A stretch of DNA of 64,000 nt from an uncultured Gammaproteobacteria bacterium (GCA_964420885.1 CAYQVT010000001.1:1848-65847), one strand, 5' to 3'. Positions 11,366 to 21,929 are shown, counted from the first letter of the stretch. Notes: generated by a model not told the origin, from the letters alone. Numbers and translations: made by a program.

Positions 11366-11713
11366 ATGAAGAAAAGTGAGAGTCCTGCGTTTGTGATTAG
11401 CTCCTCAGAGCCTATCGAACAAGTAGATAAAGGCATAAAACGTCAAATACTTGGTTATGGCCCTGAACTAATGGCGGTGAAGGTTTGGTTTGAAGAAGGC
11501 GCTGAGGGTTATCAGCATCACCATCCGCACACGCAAGTTGCCTATGTCGAGAGTGGTGAGTTTGAAGCCACGATTGACGGCGAAACACAGCTACTAAAAG
11601 CGGGCGATTCGTTTTACGTTACTCCTAATAAAAACCATGGCGCGGTATGTAAAAAAGCTGGTGTGTTAATCGATATCTTCAGCCCAGTGCGAGAAGATTT
11701 CTTAGAAGATTAA
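11366..11713 (+). CDS. kdgF: KdgF cupin acting on unsaturated uronates
   Basis: RQILGY, HHHPHTQ and LIDIFSPVREDFL motifs; locus context. Confidence 0.9.
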   Translation: MKKSESPAFVISSSEPIEQVDKGIKRQILGYGPELMAVKVWFEEGAEGYQHHHPHTQVAYVESGEFEATIDGETQLLKAGDSFYVTPNKNHGAVCKKAGVLIDIFSPVREDFLED

Positions 11714-11776
11714 GCGACGCCTTTAACAAACCGTATTATCAGAACTAGAAACCAATACAGACCTGAGAGAAGGCTT

Positions 11777-13078
11777 ATGAAAGTAAAAAATTTACGCTGG
11801 TGGGTAATCGCATTAGTAGCATTAGCCACGGTTATTAACTATATAGACAGGCAGGCACTGAGTGTATTGTGGCCTTATATGGGAAGCGAAGTATACCCAG
11901 ATAAAACAGCTGACGAACTAAAACAAGTGTTGGGTATTGTTAGTGTTGTGTTCCTATTTTCCTACGCAATTGGTCAGGCAGTATTTGGTAAGATTTTTGA
12001 TTGGATAGGAACTCGATTAGGGTTTGTTTTGTCAATCACCGTATGGTCAATCGCAACGGCATTGCATGCTTTTGCTCAAGGTGTTCTAACATTCAGTATT
12101 TTTCGTGCCCTTTTAGGCATTTCCGAAGCAGGTAACTGGCCAGGTGCGGCTAAAGCTAATGCCGAATGGTTTCCATCTAAAGAGCGTGCCTTAGCTCAAG
12201 GTATCTTTAATTCGGGCGCCGCCATAGGTGGCATTATTTCAGTACCCCTAATTGCCTATCTGGCGATATTTCTAAGTTGGAAAGTCATTTTTATATTGAT
12301 TGGTCTTGTTGGTCTTGTATGGTTGGTTCCATGGTTAGTGTTGATTAAAGCACCACCGATAGAACATCCTTGGATAACCGATGAAGAGCGAAGTTACATT
12401 TTAACCGGACAACAAAATCAAGACTCAGATAACGACGGTGAGCCTGATGATGGTTATGTTCCAAGTTATGGAAAAATGCTTTCTCATAAAGAAAGCTGGG
12501 GCGTCATTATCGCTACGGCGGCGATTGATCCAATCTGGTGGTTGTTTATTGTTTGGATTCCGACCTATTTGGTAGAAGTTTATAATATGGATGTTAAAGG
12601 GCTCGCAATTATTGGCTGGGTCCCCTATGTAGGAGCGATGTTTGGTGCATGGTTTGGCGGCTTGTTGGCACAAAATCGTCTAAAGGCCGGATGGACAGTC
12701 AACAAAACACGTAAAACCGTCATTGTGCTTGGTTGCTTAATTATGCTCCCCGCACTTTTGATGCTTTCGAATCCAGGTAGCGCTAACACTGCGGTCATGA
12801 TTATGGCGGTTATTTTATTCGGCTTTCAAACTTCGATTGGTAGCATCCAAACGCTGCCAAGTGACATGCTTGGTAAGGGCAGTGTTGGTTCATTAGCTGG
12901 TTTTGCTGGTATGGCAGCGAAGTTTTCGGCGGCTGCGTTAACAGCCACTGTACCGTGGTTAACCGCAGGAGCGAATTATCAGAATGTGTTCATTCTTGGA
13001 GCGGCCTTAGCGATTATTGTGATGGCGAGTATATTGGTGCTTTGTCCAAAAATTGAACCTCTAAAAGGGAATAGTTAA
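11777..13078 (+). CDS. MFS hexuronate/DEH transporter (ExuT-like)
   Basis: LRWWVIAL, INYIDRQ, EAGNWPG and EWFPSKERALAQGIFNSG motifs. Confidence 0.9.
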   Translation: MKVKNLRWWVIALVALATVINYIDRQALSVLWPYMGSEVYPDKTADELKQVLGIVSVVFLFSYAIGQAVFGKIFDWIGTRLGFVLSITVWSIATALHAFAQGVLTFSIFRALLGISEAGNWPGAAKANAEWFPSKERALAQGIFNSGAAIGGIISVPLIAYLAIFLSWKVIFILIGLVGLVWLVPWLVLIKAPPIEHPWITDEERSYILTGQQNQDSDNDGEPDDGYVPSYGKMLSHKESWGVIIATAAIDPIWWLFIVWIPTYLVEVYNMDVKGLAIIGWVPYVGAMFGAWFGGLLAQNRLKAGWTVNKTRKTVIVLGCLIMLPALLMLSNPGSANTAVMIMAVILFGFQTSIGSIQTLPSDMLGKGSVGSLAGFAGMAAKFSAAALTATVPWLTAGANYQNVFILGAALAIIVMASILVLCPKIEPLKGNS

Positions 13079-13141
13079 TCTTTAATAGAACGCGAGCGTA
13101 GGACCTTGGGTCAACGCTGGTCGTCAAAATTAAGCAATAAT

Positions 13142-13170
13142 GGTGTTCGTCTGTCACGCTGACGAACACT
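13142..13170 (+). other. Intergenic stem-loop
   Basis: GGTGTTCGTC ... GACGAACACT hairpin just before the SDR RBS. Confidence 0.4.
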
Positions 13171-13180
13171 GGGAAATAGT

Positions 13181-13930
13181 ATGAAATTCAAAAATAAAGT
13201 AGCAATCGTTAGCGGTGGAACCCGTGATATTGGCAAAGCTGTTGTATTAGAACTCGCATCCCAAGGTGCTAAAGTTGTAATCAACTATTTCAACAATGAA
13301 GACAATGCGAATGAGGTACAAGCAGAGGTGAACGCGCTGGGCGCCGATTCAATACTGGTTCGGGGTGATATGGCCAATAATTCGGATGTTGAATCATTGG
13401 TTTCTAAAACCGTGCAGGTTTATGGAGGCGTCGATATTTTAGTAAACGTCGCGGGTGGATTGGTGGCCCGAAAGACGATTGACGAGATGGATGAAGAATT
13501 TTTCAACCATGTTATGCGCCTCAATTTAAACAGTACCTTTCTTCTTACAAAATACTGCGTTCCACACATGCGCGAGGGCAGTTCAATCATAAATCTTGCC
13601 TCCTTAGCGGGCCGCGACGGTGGTGGCCCTGGTGCATCAGCCTACGCGACCTCAAAAGCCGCGGTGATGACATTTACACGCTCAATGGCCAAAGAATTGG
13701 GCCCACAAGGTATTCGTGTAAACGCTCTATGTCCGGGCGTTATCAGTACTACCTTCCACGATACTTTTAGCAAAGATGAAGTTCGTAAGAATATTGCCAA
13801 TGCAACTCCATTGCGGCGCGAAGGTAGTGCGCAAGAAGTGGCTGAAGCAATAAGCTATCTTGCCAGCGAACAGGCCTCATTTATCACTGGTGCGAACCTT
13901 GATGTTAATGGTGGCCTTCTGTTTTCGTAG
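13181..13930 (+). CDS. SDR, probable DEH reductase
   Basis: GGTRDIG, NVAGGLVARK, GRDGGGPGASAYATSK and TTFHDTF motifs typical of A1-R/DehR-like enzymes. Confidence 0.85.
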   Translation: MKFKNKVAIVSGGTRDIGKAVVLELASQGAKVVINYFNNEDNANEVQAEVNALGADSILVRGDMANNSDVESLVSKTVQVYGGVDILVNVAGGLVARKTIDEMDEEFFNHVMRLNLNSTFLLTKYCVPHMREGSSIINLASLAGRDGGGPGASAYATSKAAVMTFTRSMAKELGPQGIRVNALCPGVISTTFHDTFSKDEVRKNIANATPLRREGSAQEVAEAISYLASEQASFITGANLDVNGGLLFS

Positions 13931-14033
13931 CTAAGTATTTGCCGAAAAGCGCTTTTAATGGAATTCGAGGCAATAAATTCGGCGTTGCGTATTACCAGTG
14001 AAATTTTACAAAAAATATTGAACAGGTTAGTAA

Positions 14034-14972
14034 ATGTCGATATCTATATCAGTAATCGGTGAATGTATGTTGGAGTTGTCGCGTGCCGAATCTCCGAGCA
14101 ACGGCTCTTCACAGCCAATGCAAATGGGCTACGGAGGCGATACCTTAAACACTGCGATTTATCTATCAAGAAGTGGCGTATCGACCAGTTACGTTACTGG
14201 TCTTGGCGACGATGTAATGAGCGATTGGCTAATGGGCCAATGGCAAAATGAAGGGATAGATTGCTCTTTGGTTAAGCGCATGCCCAATTCCGTTCCCGGG
14301 ATGTACATGATTAACGTTGCGGAAGATGGCGAACGCTCTTTTTTATACTGGCGTAAGAATTCCCCGGCAAGTCGTTTGTTTGATGACATTGATCGAACTC
14401 ACGAACTTTTTCGAGCACTGAGTCGGTACGACTATCTTTATCTATCAGGAATCAGCTTGGGAATTCTGCCTGAAGAGTCACTCCATGGCTTGTTCGGTTG
14501 CCTAAACTCATATAGACAAGCGGGCGGGAAAATTATTTTTGATGGAAATTATCGGCCTAACTTATGGTTGAACACCGCTACCGCTCAGCAAGTGTATACG
14601 CAAATGTATAATATCACTGACATTGCGCTTCCAACATTGGAAGATGAGTCATCGTTATTTGGCTATGAAACCGCTGAACAAGTTGTTGAAGCCGCTCGAT
14701 CCGCTGGGGTAACTGAGGTTGTTGTGAAAATGGGTGGAGAAGGTTGTTTGTCGTATTGCGATCAGGTTTATGAAACCGTGAGTACGGTTTTCACTAAGCC
14801 AGTCGACACTACGGCGGCAGGCGACTCTTTCAATGCTGGGTACCTAGCCTCACGATTTACCGGCGCTAGTAGCGTTAAGGCCTGTAAAGCTGGTCATGCA
14901 CTAGCAGCAAAAGTAATACAGCATAAGGGTGCAATCGTTCCGTTGGCATCAGTAAGTGCTGACAATCCCTAA
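14034..14972 (+). CDS. kdgK: 2-keto-3-deoxygluconate kinase (PfkB family)
   Basis: IGECMLEL, GGDTLNTA, NYRPNLW and DTTAAGDSFNAG motifs. Confidence 0.92.
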   Translation: MSISISVIGECMLELSRAESPSNGSSQPMQMGYGGDTLNTAIYLSRSGVSTSYVTGLGDDVMSDWLMGQWQNEGIDCSLVKRMPNSVPGMYMINVAEDGERSFLYWRKNSPASRLFDDIDRTHELFRALSRYDYLYLSGISLGILPEESLHGLFGCLNSYRQAGGKIIFDGNYRPNLWLNTATAQQVYTQMYNITDIALPTLEDESSLFGYETAEQVVEAARSAGVTEVVVKMGGEGCLSYCDQVYETVSTVFTKPVDTTAAGDSFNAGYLASRFTGASSVKACKAGHALAAKVIQHKGAIVPLASVSADNP

Positions 14973-15051
14973 AAGATTTTCAACGCTTTCTAGAGGATTA
15001 AAGTGTCATTTTTATAGTTTATCAACTTGATTGATTTACTAATTTTAATTG

Positions 15052-15117
15052 TGACCTTGCCCCAAAATTTAGAACCATTATTTGGATGAGATGGGCTTCC
15101 CCTGACTAGTTGACACA
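15052..15117. mobile_element. Possible orphan IS3-family terminal repeat remnants
   Basis: TGACCTTGCCCCAAAATTTAGAACCA and TGGGCTTCCCCTGACTAGTTGACACA resemble IS3-family ends; no transposase present. Confidence 0.35.
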
Positions 15118-15206
15118 CACCTGTGCAAAACAGACTGTAAAATCTTGAATCCAAATAGGAATTTGAGGTATCTAATTAGAAACTTAAAACTCATCATTAA
15201 CTTCCA

Positions 15207-16052
15207 ATGAACATGTCCAAGGACAGAATTCGAGCTTCAGCTCCATCGCTAGCCACATTTCTATTTCTCACAGTAATTTTTTACTGTATTGGCTATTGGT
15301 TGATTTTTAGGCTTGAGCGAGCATCACCCTTGATGATGTCGGTCGGTTTGGCGGCTATAGTGACGTGCTTTTTACATGGGCGTCGACTTTCTTCACTTGG
15401 ATTGTTGTGGGGAAATTCTCGTTACCTATGGATTAGCTTTTTAGTGCCGCTCGGCATCGCTACATCATCATATTTATTCATTTGGGGTTTAGGTTTAGCG
15501 GAGTTCAATTTTGATTTTGCTAACGGTTCGCGAGAGGCTTATAACCTAGTTGGATGGAATGATATTTCTATAGTGTTATTCCATGTCGTGTTGACCATGA
15601 CATTCAGCTTAGTTCTATCAATACCGTCAATTTTCGGCGAAGAGTTAGCGTGGCGAGGCTTTTTAGTTCCTGAACTTTCGAAATCGATGTCTTTTGGATT
15701 AGTTGCGCTTATAAGCGGTTTACTTTGGGCCGCTTTTCACTGGCCCCTAATGATCAAAGGCTTTTACGGTAGTGGCTACACTCCGCTTATTTTCCAACTA
15801 AGTATCTTCACTCTATTTATTGTCTCTAATTCGGTGACGATGACATACCTAAGGTATAAAACTGAAAGTGTTTGGAGTGCCGTTATATTCCATGCATGTT
15901 CAAATATGGTTATCCAAAAAGTGTTTACGCCATTAACCATTGTGGATGAAAATTCAGCTTGGTATGTAGACGAATTTGGGATAGTTGTACCTGTCGTCGC
16001 TCTTTTGGTAGCTATCTTTTTTTGGAGGAAAGCAAAGAAAGAATTTAGCTAG
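15207..16052 (+). CDS. CPBP (CAAX/Abi) intramembrane metalloprotease
   Basis: EELAWRG, WAAFH and FHACSN motifs; multiple TM segments. Confidence 0.9.
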   Translation: MNMSKDRIRASAPSLATFLFLTVIFYCIGYWLIFRLERASPLMMSVGLAAIVTCFLHGRRLSSLGLLWGNSRYLWISFLVPLGIATSSYLFIWGLGLAEFNFDFANGSREAYNLVGWNDISIVLFHVVLTMTFSLVLSIPSIFGEELAWRGFLVPELSKSMSFGLVALISGLLWAAFHWPLMIKGFYGSGYTPLIFQLSIFTLFIVSNSVTMTYLRYKTESVWSAVIFHACSNMVIQKVFTPLTIVDENSAWYVDEFGIVVPVVALLVAIFFWRKAKKEFS

Positions 16053-16120
16053 GGTATTGGATTTATTATCTAACTATAAAAGGCAACTTTGCCCCATTCA
16101 TAATGTCATAATTGAATGTG

Positions 16121-16243
16121 TTTTCAGCAAGAACCCATCATTTCGACCGAGTGAGCGAGTGGGGAAACCTCTAATATTTACTCATTATTTGGAGATCTTT
16201 CGACTTCGCTCAATATGACGGTCTTGGGCAAAATTCGGACGTC
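16121..16243 (+). repeat. Palindromic ~115 bp repeat, copy 1 (REP/MITE-like)
   Basis: TCATTTCGACCGAGTG..GAAACCTCTAATATTTACTCA..TTTGGAGATCTTTCGACTTCGCTCAA.ATGACGG; near-identical to copies at 26829 and 27655. Confidence 0.9.
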
Positions 16244-16510
16244 TGCTACTGGCGCAGATCAATGCGGTATATGGGGTACAACTCTGGTTTCTTCGCGCAG
16301 GCGGCATGCTGCGGTCTTTCAACTCACGCCATGCTGCCTCAAGCAAAACCATCGGTCTCACCTAACTTGGCATGTTGATTACTCTCGAACATGCTTTTTT
16401 ACTCACATCTAATTGGGTGTGAGTCAGGCGTGATTACAACGATGCGTCAACTTGCAGACAAGCTCTGCAGGGTTTCTCTTAGGTTCTTTATAGTGTCTTG
16501 AACGAGTCGG

Positions 16511-18040
16511 TTATATCTGTCCTTTCTGATCTGCCCAATGCGGTGCTCGTAGACGTTGTTTAAATATTTTGCCACTGTCTTCCCTTGGCAATCGGTCGTG
16601 TGTTTCAATCACTCTTGGTATTTTAAAACGAGCAATCTTGCCGTCTAAAAATGCCGCCACAGATTCCTGATTCACAGTTTTACCCGCAGCGAGTTCTACC
16701 GCAGCTACAACCGATTCACCAAATTCAGGGTGCGGAACACCGAATACAGCACAATCCACAATCTCTGGCATTTCAATTAGTACCGATTCAATCTCAGCTG
16801 GAAAGATATTGGCTCCCCCGGAGATTATCATGTCTTTTTTGCGATCACTGATGTAAAGATAACCTTCCTCATCCAGATGGCCCAGATCACCGACAGTAGT
16901 ATGATCGCCATAACGGATTCCCTCCAAATTCCCTTCCAGGTTGGAGTAGGAAAAATCTCCAAACATGGGCAGGTAAACATAGATTGAACCTGTCTCACCA
17001 GCAGGAAGTTGATTATTGTTATCATCGATGATCTTAATCGAGCCACCAGGTAGCACCTTGCCCGCCGACCCCGGTTTTCGCAGAGATTCATCAGAGGAAA
17101 TGAGGGTCATAAACCCTATCTCACTGGCACCATAGGTTTCGTAAAAAATAGGGCCAAACCAATCAATCATGGCTTGTTTTATATCTCTTGGCCAGGCCGA
17201 ACCCGTGGTGATGCTGAATCGCCAGGATGACGTGTCATACTTGGCTTTTATGGGTTCTGGCAATTTAAGTAGGCGCACCATCATAGCCGGAACCATATAG
17301 ACATGGGTGATCTTAAAACGTTCGATATCGGCTAAAAATTGTTCCGCATCAAACCGTGGGCTCAAAATAAGATCGGCATTGCCGTACGCAACACACATTA
17401 CAGAAAGTGCATTTGGCGCGCTGTGGTACAAAGGCGCTGAGGTATAGAAACGGTCACCCGGAGTGAGTTGCAGTAAACTTTCTGCCAAGGCTTTATAGGT
17501 ATCATATGAATCGGGTCTATCCGTATTCAACTGACGGCGAATTCCCTTTGGTCGGCCAGTGCTTCCTGAGGTGTAGGACATCATGCCTCGAGTGCGAGGA
17601 GGTGGGGTTGCTATTGGCGTGGCAGATTCGATTGCTTCCTTAGCGTCCACCTGACCCTCGTTGATAACGTGTTCCACGCTGTATGCCTCTTGCACGGCAG
17701 CTGGGATCTCTACCGAAAGTATCGGGAAGTCCAGTTGGAACTCGCCTTGAAAAACACTCGTTAAGGTACTGTGGCCTATAAGCACTTTGGTGTGCGAGTC
17801 GTCAAGAATGTCCGCAATCTCCATCGCCGATCCATGCCAATTTAGGGGGACATAATGCGCCCCTACGTGACGGCAGGCCTCAACCACTGCGATATAAAAT
17901 GGGTCGTTGTACAGCAGTGCGCCAACTGCATCGTCTTCTGCCACACCCAGCTCCTTGAGCACCGTAGCCAATCGCAGTACCTGATCTTGAAAACTATGCC
18001 GTTCGATTTTTTGATCCAGTAAATAAAGTTCGCCGGTCAT
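16511..18040 (-). CDS. Acyl-CoA synthetase / AMP-binding enzyme
   Basis: YTSGSTGRPKG, YGASE, GDLG, DRKKDMIISGGANIFPAEIE and SGK motifs. Confidence 0.92.
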   Translation of the reverse strand: MTGELYLLDQKIERHSFQDQVLRLATVLKELGVAEDDAVGALLYNDPFYIAVVEACRHVGAHYVPLNWHGSAMEIADILDDSHTKVLIGHSTLTSVFQGEFQLDFPILSVEIPAAVQEAYSVEHVINEGQVDAKEAIESATPIATPPPRTRGMMSYTSGSTGRPKGIRRQLNTDRPDSYDTYKALAESLLQLTPGDRFYTSAPLYHSAPNALSVMCVAYGNADLILSPRFDAEQFLADIERFKITHVYMVPAMMVRLLKLPEPIKAKYDTSSWRFSITTGSAWPRDIKQAMIDWFGPIFYETYGASEIGFMTLISSDESLRKPGSAGKVLPGGSIKIIDDNNNQLPAGETGSIYVYLPMFGDFSYSNLEGNLEGIRYGDHTTVGDLGHLDEEGYLYISDRKKDMIISGGANIFPAEIESVLIEMPEIVDCAVFGVPHPEFGESVVAAVELAAGKTVNQESVAAFLDGKIARFKIPRVIETHDRLPREDSGKIFKQRLRAPHWADQKGQI

Positions 18041-18531
18041 TAATACTCTCCCACTTAATATGACGGCATTTTAACCCAACTCTGTAAACACAGTTAGAAT
18101 CGAGATTGATTTAATCTAAATCGCAAAACCCTGCCTAGGATTTATAAATGGTGTCACACCACAAATAACTCTATAAAGGGCGTAAAAGTTTTAAGTAAAT
18201 TAGCGCAATTTAGCAGCGTGGCTTGTATACAGTCGACGTGCTAATCAGTAACTTCTTACGATTGACGAACACGGATAATTGATACACCGTTCGACTTCAA
18301 TTAATTAGATCATTTATGGCCTGATAAATGGCTCTTAAAGGTCAACCTTGTGAATTTTGCCCTGTGAGTTTGAACTAGTAAAATGCCTCTGGGATATTCA
18401 GAGCAGAGATACAAGACTCAATGTGAACCAACTTATTATGGTAGTTGTCTTTAAAAAAGTATCTACCCATAGCTAATCACAATAATAAACAATGACAAGC
18501 TTAGGCTCAGGCAGCCAGTCTAAACTCGCTT

Positions 18532-19779
18532 CTATTTCGAGGGTTTAAAAATCGGAATCGTTTCAAGGGCCCTATCAGAATCAAAGTCTTCAGATTTAAA
18601 CATTTTTGGATAATGCCAGGCTCGTAGATCAGCGTGAAAATCCCTGACACTTTGTTCAAAGGCAAGGGCTGAGCGCATATCGGTGCTTGCTAATTGCTCG
18701 ATTGTTCGTTGCAATAGAGTAGCAGGTGAAATCAGGCTTAACCCATTAGCGAGTTCATCGCGTCTCGCTTGCCCATCTCGGTAAGATTGGCTGATCGGCT
18801 CCACAGTCTGGTCGCCAACTTGTTGAAAGGAGAAGTACCATTTCCACTCAAAGCCATCGTCATCGTCCCAAGTTGTGTGGTTACTCCATTCTGAATGACG
18901 TTCAAGGAAGGGCTCATAGGTCGCTTCTCTAGGCAGATCCCATGCATCATTGACGGCCTCACGCTGTGTTAGCACAATCTCTCCGCCATCGGGTACCGAA
19001 ATGACTCCCTCGATAACTTGTGTGAGAGCCGCAGGGATAATAACGCAGAGAAATAGCCATACCCCTAGCATCACGGTCAAATTATAGGACCCAGTTTGTT
19101 TAGCTGGTGTAAGCCATAGCGTTATAGACATCCAGAAAAAAAGATAGAGCGAGACCGCGACCACGCAGAACGTTAATGTCGCTAAGGACGAGCCAGAAAC
19201 AATCCCGCCTATGATAAGGGGTAAAGAAAGTGCGCCCGTTAACGCCACGATGCGAAGTATCGAACGTAGCCACCAAAGTTTTCGAACATTTGTTGCGCTA
19301 GCCTCAATTAGGTGTAAGCGCCCAGCAACACGCTCACCAGAACGCAGATCGAACAATAAGAGAACCACGAGAAGCGGAGCGATCAAGCTTACTACGAACG
19401 CAAAATCAAACCGTCCAATTAATGCAAAATCGGGGTTGTTCGCGTCTGTTTCGTAAATTTGACCCTCCAAGGCAAGCATTCGGATGCGATGCTTCCAAGG
19501 GCTTACATCACGTTGGCCGAGCGCCGCATAGGCGAAATCAGTAGGCGGGTCATAGGTTATATGAAAAGTGTAGTACGCAGCTGAACCCCAATCAGATTGA
19601 CCGAGCAGCGTAGCCTCTCGCTCAATTTGATCAAGCTGCTTCAACTCGGCGATCTCTGCGTGTTGTTGATGCACTTCGTTCAGGCCTAGTAGTACAGCAG
19701 AGCCGGAGAAGAAAAACGCCAGTGAAAGCCAAACCCACGCCGCTTTGTCGCGGAGCATAAATTTTATTTCGCGCATCAT
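18532..19779 (-). CDS. ABC-2-type permease, DUF3526 family
   Basis: ALGQRD, LEGQIYE..NP, GRFDFAFV, QREAVNDAWD and FEWKWY motifs; ATGA overlap with the upstream gene. Confidence 0.85.
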   Translation of the reverse strand: MMREIKFMLRDKAAWVWLSLAFFFSGSAVLLGLNEVHQQHAEIAELKQLDQIEREATLLGQSDWGSAAYYTFHITYDPPTDFAYAALGQRDVSPWKHRIRMLALEGQIYETDANNPDFALIGRFDFAFVVSLIAPLLVVLLLFDLRSGERVAGRLHLIEASATNVRKLWWLRSILRIVALTGALSLPLIIGGIVSGSSLATLTFCVVAVSLYLFFWMSITLWLTPAKQTGSYNLTVMLGVWLFLCVIIPAALTQVIEGVISVPDGGEIVLTQREAVNDAWDLPREATYEPFLERHSEWSNHTTWDDDDGFEWKWYFSFQQVGDQTVEPISQSYRDGQARRDELANGLSLISPATLLQRTIEQLASTDMRSALAFEQSVRDFHADLRAWHYPKMFKSEDFDSDRALETIPIFKPSK

Positions 19780-21212
19780 GGTGTGAGCCTCCGTGCGGCG
19801 AACACTCCTACGCTCAACAAGGCGATGAACCAAATCAAAAGCGATACCAGCTTGGGGGTTGCGCGGTTTACTCGATCCATTGCACGATCAGGTGTAAATC
19901 TGAATTTTTTCAACACCTGCCAGCTATCAGCGTCGACACGTGCGCGCTTCCAACCTTCCTCGCCTTTATTCCGATTAATATCGTCGATGTAGGAGAGCTG
20001 TTCTATGTGTGCTTTGTTCAAACCCTGAACAAAATCATAACGGACTGTCTCGGCTTCTCGTAGAAAACGATGGTGTGTCTCAAGATCTGTTCCAGCTATA
20101 TTTCGCGACGCGCCACCAATCGCGAGATAGGGTGATAACCACCGATAGCTAGAGAGGTGTGTTGCTTGGTCTACCTCCCTTTGCATCCGTTTTTCCGCAT
20201 AAGCATTCAGAGTTTCGGTTAAGTCAGATTCGCTTTTCGATGCGACGATTCCGCGAAAGTTAACGGGTAAATCTTCAACGCGTTCGGCATTATATTGCGC
20301 TAGTAAATTTGCACGTAACTTGGCAAAGGCTGGGTCAGCAGCATTGTGACCGTCGCCCAACTTTCGTAGGTCTTCGTTCATGCGCATGTCGGTCAGAATT
20401 TTTCCTTCCGACGGTAGCGTCGCGCTGGCGGACGTTACCCCAATGCGTGGGATAACAAGTACGCTTAGAACCCATACGGCAGATAACACTCCCAAAGCAA
20501 CCGCCCGCGAGCGTGTGGTGACGGAAATAAGAAGTGTCAGTGCTGCCCATATACCGAGATAGAGTACGTTGCCAAGATAGAGCATGATGCAAGCCAGAGC
20601 GCTTTCGCCTGAAAGACTCGCTGCCACCGATGAAAAAAGTGCAGGCAAAGACAGCAAACCAATCAATATACTTAAAGCCAGTAGCTTTCCACCGTACAGA
20701 TGTGAGCCAGAGACACCTTGCGATAGGAGTGGACCAAGTGTGCGCGCTTCCCGTTCGCGCAAAATCACGCCATGACCTAAAGCAATAATAAGCAGTGGTA
20801 AAAAAAGGTGATAGAGCTTTGCGGGGGTTAACGCGCCGAACCCGCCTGTCCGAGCTTGCGCACGCGCGTCGGCAAACATGGCAGAATTCTGCCGATGCCC
20901 CTCTAAAAATAGTGACTGGCCAGTAACTGAGTCGACACCGGGATCAAACATGGCGAGTGGCGGAGGAGTACGAAAGACGTAATGGCCATAATGCACCATG
21001 CGGTGTGGATGACGATCAGGTTGGTTTAAAAAAGTTTCTTCGGCCTGTTCCTGCTGGTGCAGGCGTTTATGCTGCGCTTCCCGCGTATCCAGCGCGCTGA
21101 AAATTGTCGTGAATAACAATAAGGCAATAAATACGATCAGACTGACTATAGCAAGTCGAGAGCGTAACCATTGACGCCATTCTTCTCTGGCTATTCGAGT
21201 TGTACTATTCAT
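19776..21212 (-). CDS. ABC-2-type permease, DUF3526 family, His-containing periplasmic loop
   Basis: QPDRHPHRMVHYGH, FDPGV, LEGHRQN and GDGHN motifs. Confidence 0.85.
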   Translation of the reverse strand: MNSTTRIAREEWRQWLRSRLAIVSLIVFIALLLFTTIFSALDTREAQHKRLHQQEQAEETFLNQPDRHPHRMVHYGHYVFRTPPPLAMFDPGVDSVTGQSLFLEGHRQNSAMFADARAQARTGGFGALTPAKLYHLFLPLLIIALGHGVILREREARTLGPLLSQGVSGSHLYGGKLLALSILIGLLSLPALFSSVAASLSGESALACIMLYLGNVLYLGIWAALTLLISVTTRSRAVALGVLSAVWVLSVLVIPRIGVTSASATLPSEGKILTDMRMNEDLRKLGDGHNAADPAFAKLRANLLAQYNAERVEDLPVNFRGIVASKSESDLTETLNAYAEKRMQREVDQATHLSSYRWLSPYLAIGGASRNIAGTDLETHHRFLREAETVRYDFVQGLNKAHIEQLSYIDDINRNKGEEGWKRARVDADSWQVLKKFRFTPDRAMDRVNRATPKLVSLLIWFIALLSVGVFAARRLTP

Positions 21213-21929
21213 CTAAGTAGTGGCTCGCTCGGCAAAGGTTGCGTGCACCAGGTTTGTTTCTATTTGCTGCCCATCTGTCGCATCGAAACTACCAACGAGT
21301 TGCCCTCGTCGCAATAAGCCAATACGATCAGCAACCTGGCAGGCACCATAAACATCATGCGTCACCATTAAAATAGTTTTACCTTGCGCAGCCAAGGTAC
21401 GCACAAGGACATTAAACTCGTCTATTGCTATTGGGTCGAGCCCTGAAGTAGGCTCGTCCAATAAAAGTATCGGTGTTTCTCGCAAGATAGCCAGAGCGAT
21501 TGCGACCTTTTGGCGCATACCTTTGGAATAACTATCCATCTGTCTTAAACGTGATTCAGACTGAAGGCCGACTTCGTCCAGCGCGGTATCTAACTGGCTC
21601 CGAACTGTTTTTTTGCCTGCCAAATCTAAAAAATATTCAAGATTTTCATAAGCGTTAAGGTGCGGGTAAAGCGTAGCCGCCTCAGGCAGATAAGCAATCT
21701 GCTGGCGTAGGCTGCTCACCTCCTTTATCACATCGTTATCCAGAACAGACGCAGAGCCTTGATCGAGAGGTAAAAAACCCAATAGCGTTAATAACGTGGT
21801 GGATTTTCCGGCGCCATTTCCCCCGAGCAACGCATAAACGCTACCCGTTTCCACGCTGAAGGATATGCCTTGAAGAACTTGTGTTCCGTCTCGGCTAACA
21901 AATAAATCGTTGACTGCAATGGCTGCCAT
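21213..21929 (-). CDS. ABC transporter ATP-binding protein
   Basis: Walker A GGNGAGKST, signature YSKGMRQK, Walker B LLLDEPTSGLD. Confidence 0.95.
   Translation of the reverse strand: MAAIAVNDLFVSRDGTQVLQGISFSVETGSVYALLGGNGAGKSTTLLTLLGFLPLDQGSASVLDNDVIKEVSSLRQQIAYLPEAATLYPHLNAYENLEYFLDLAGKKTVRSQLDTALDEVGLQSESRLRQMDSYSKGMRQKVAIALAILRETPILLLDEPTSGLDPIAIDEFNVLVRTLAAQGKTILMVTHDVYGACQVADRIGLLRRGQLVGSFDATDGQQIETNLVHATFAERATT

Noticed and set aside
16215-16412. 65-aa ORF after repeat copy 1
   Set aside because: Starts inside the repeat, has no RBS or recognisable motif, and overlaps hairpins
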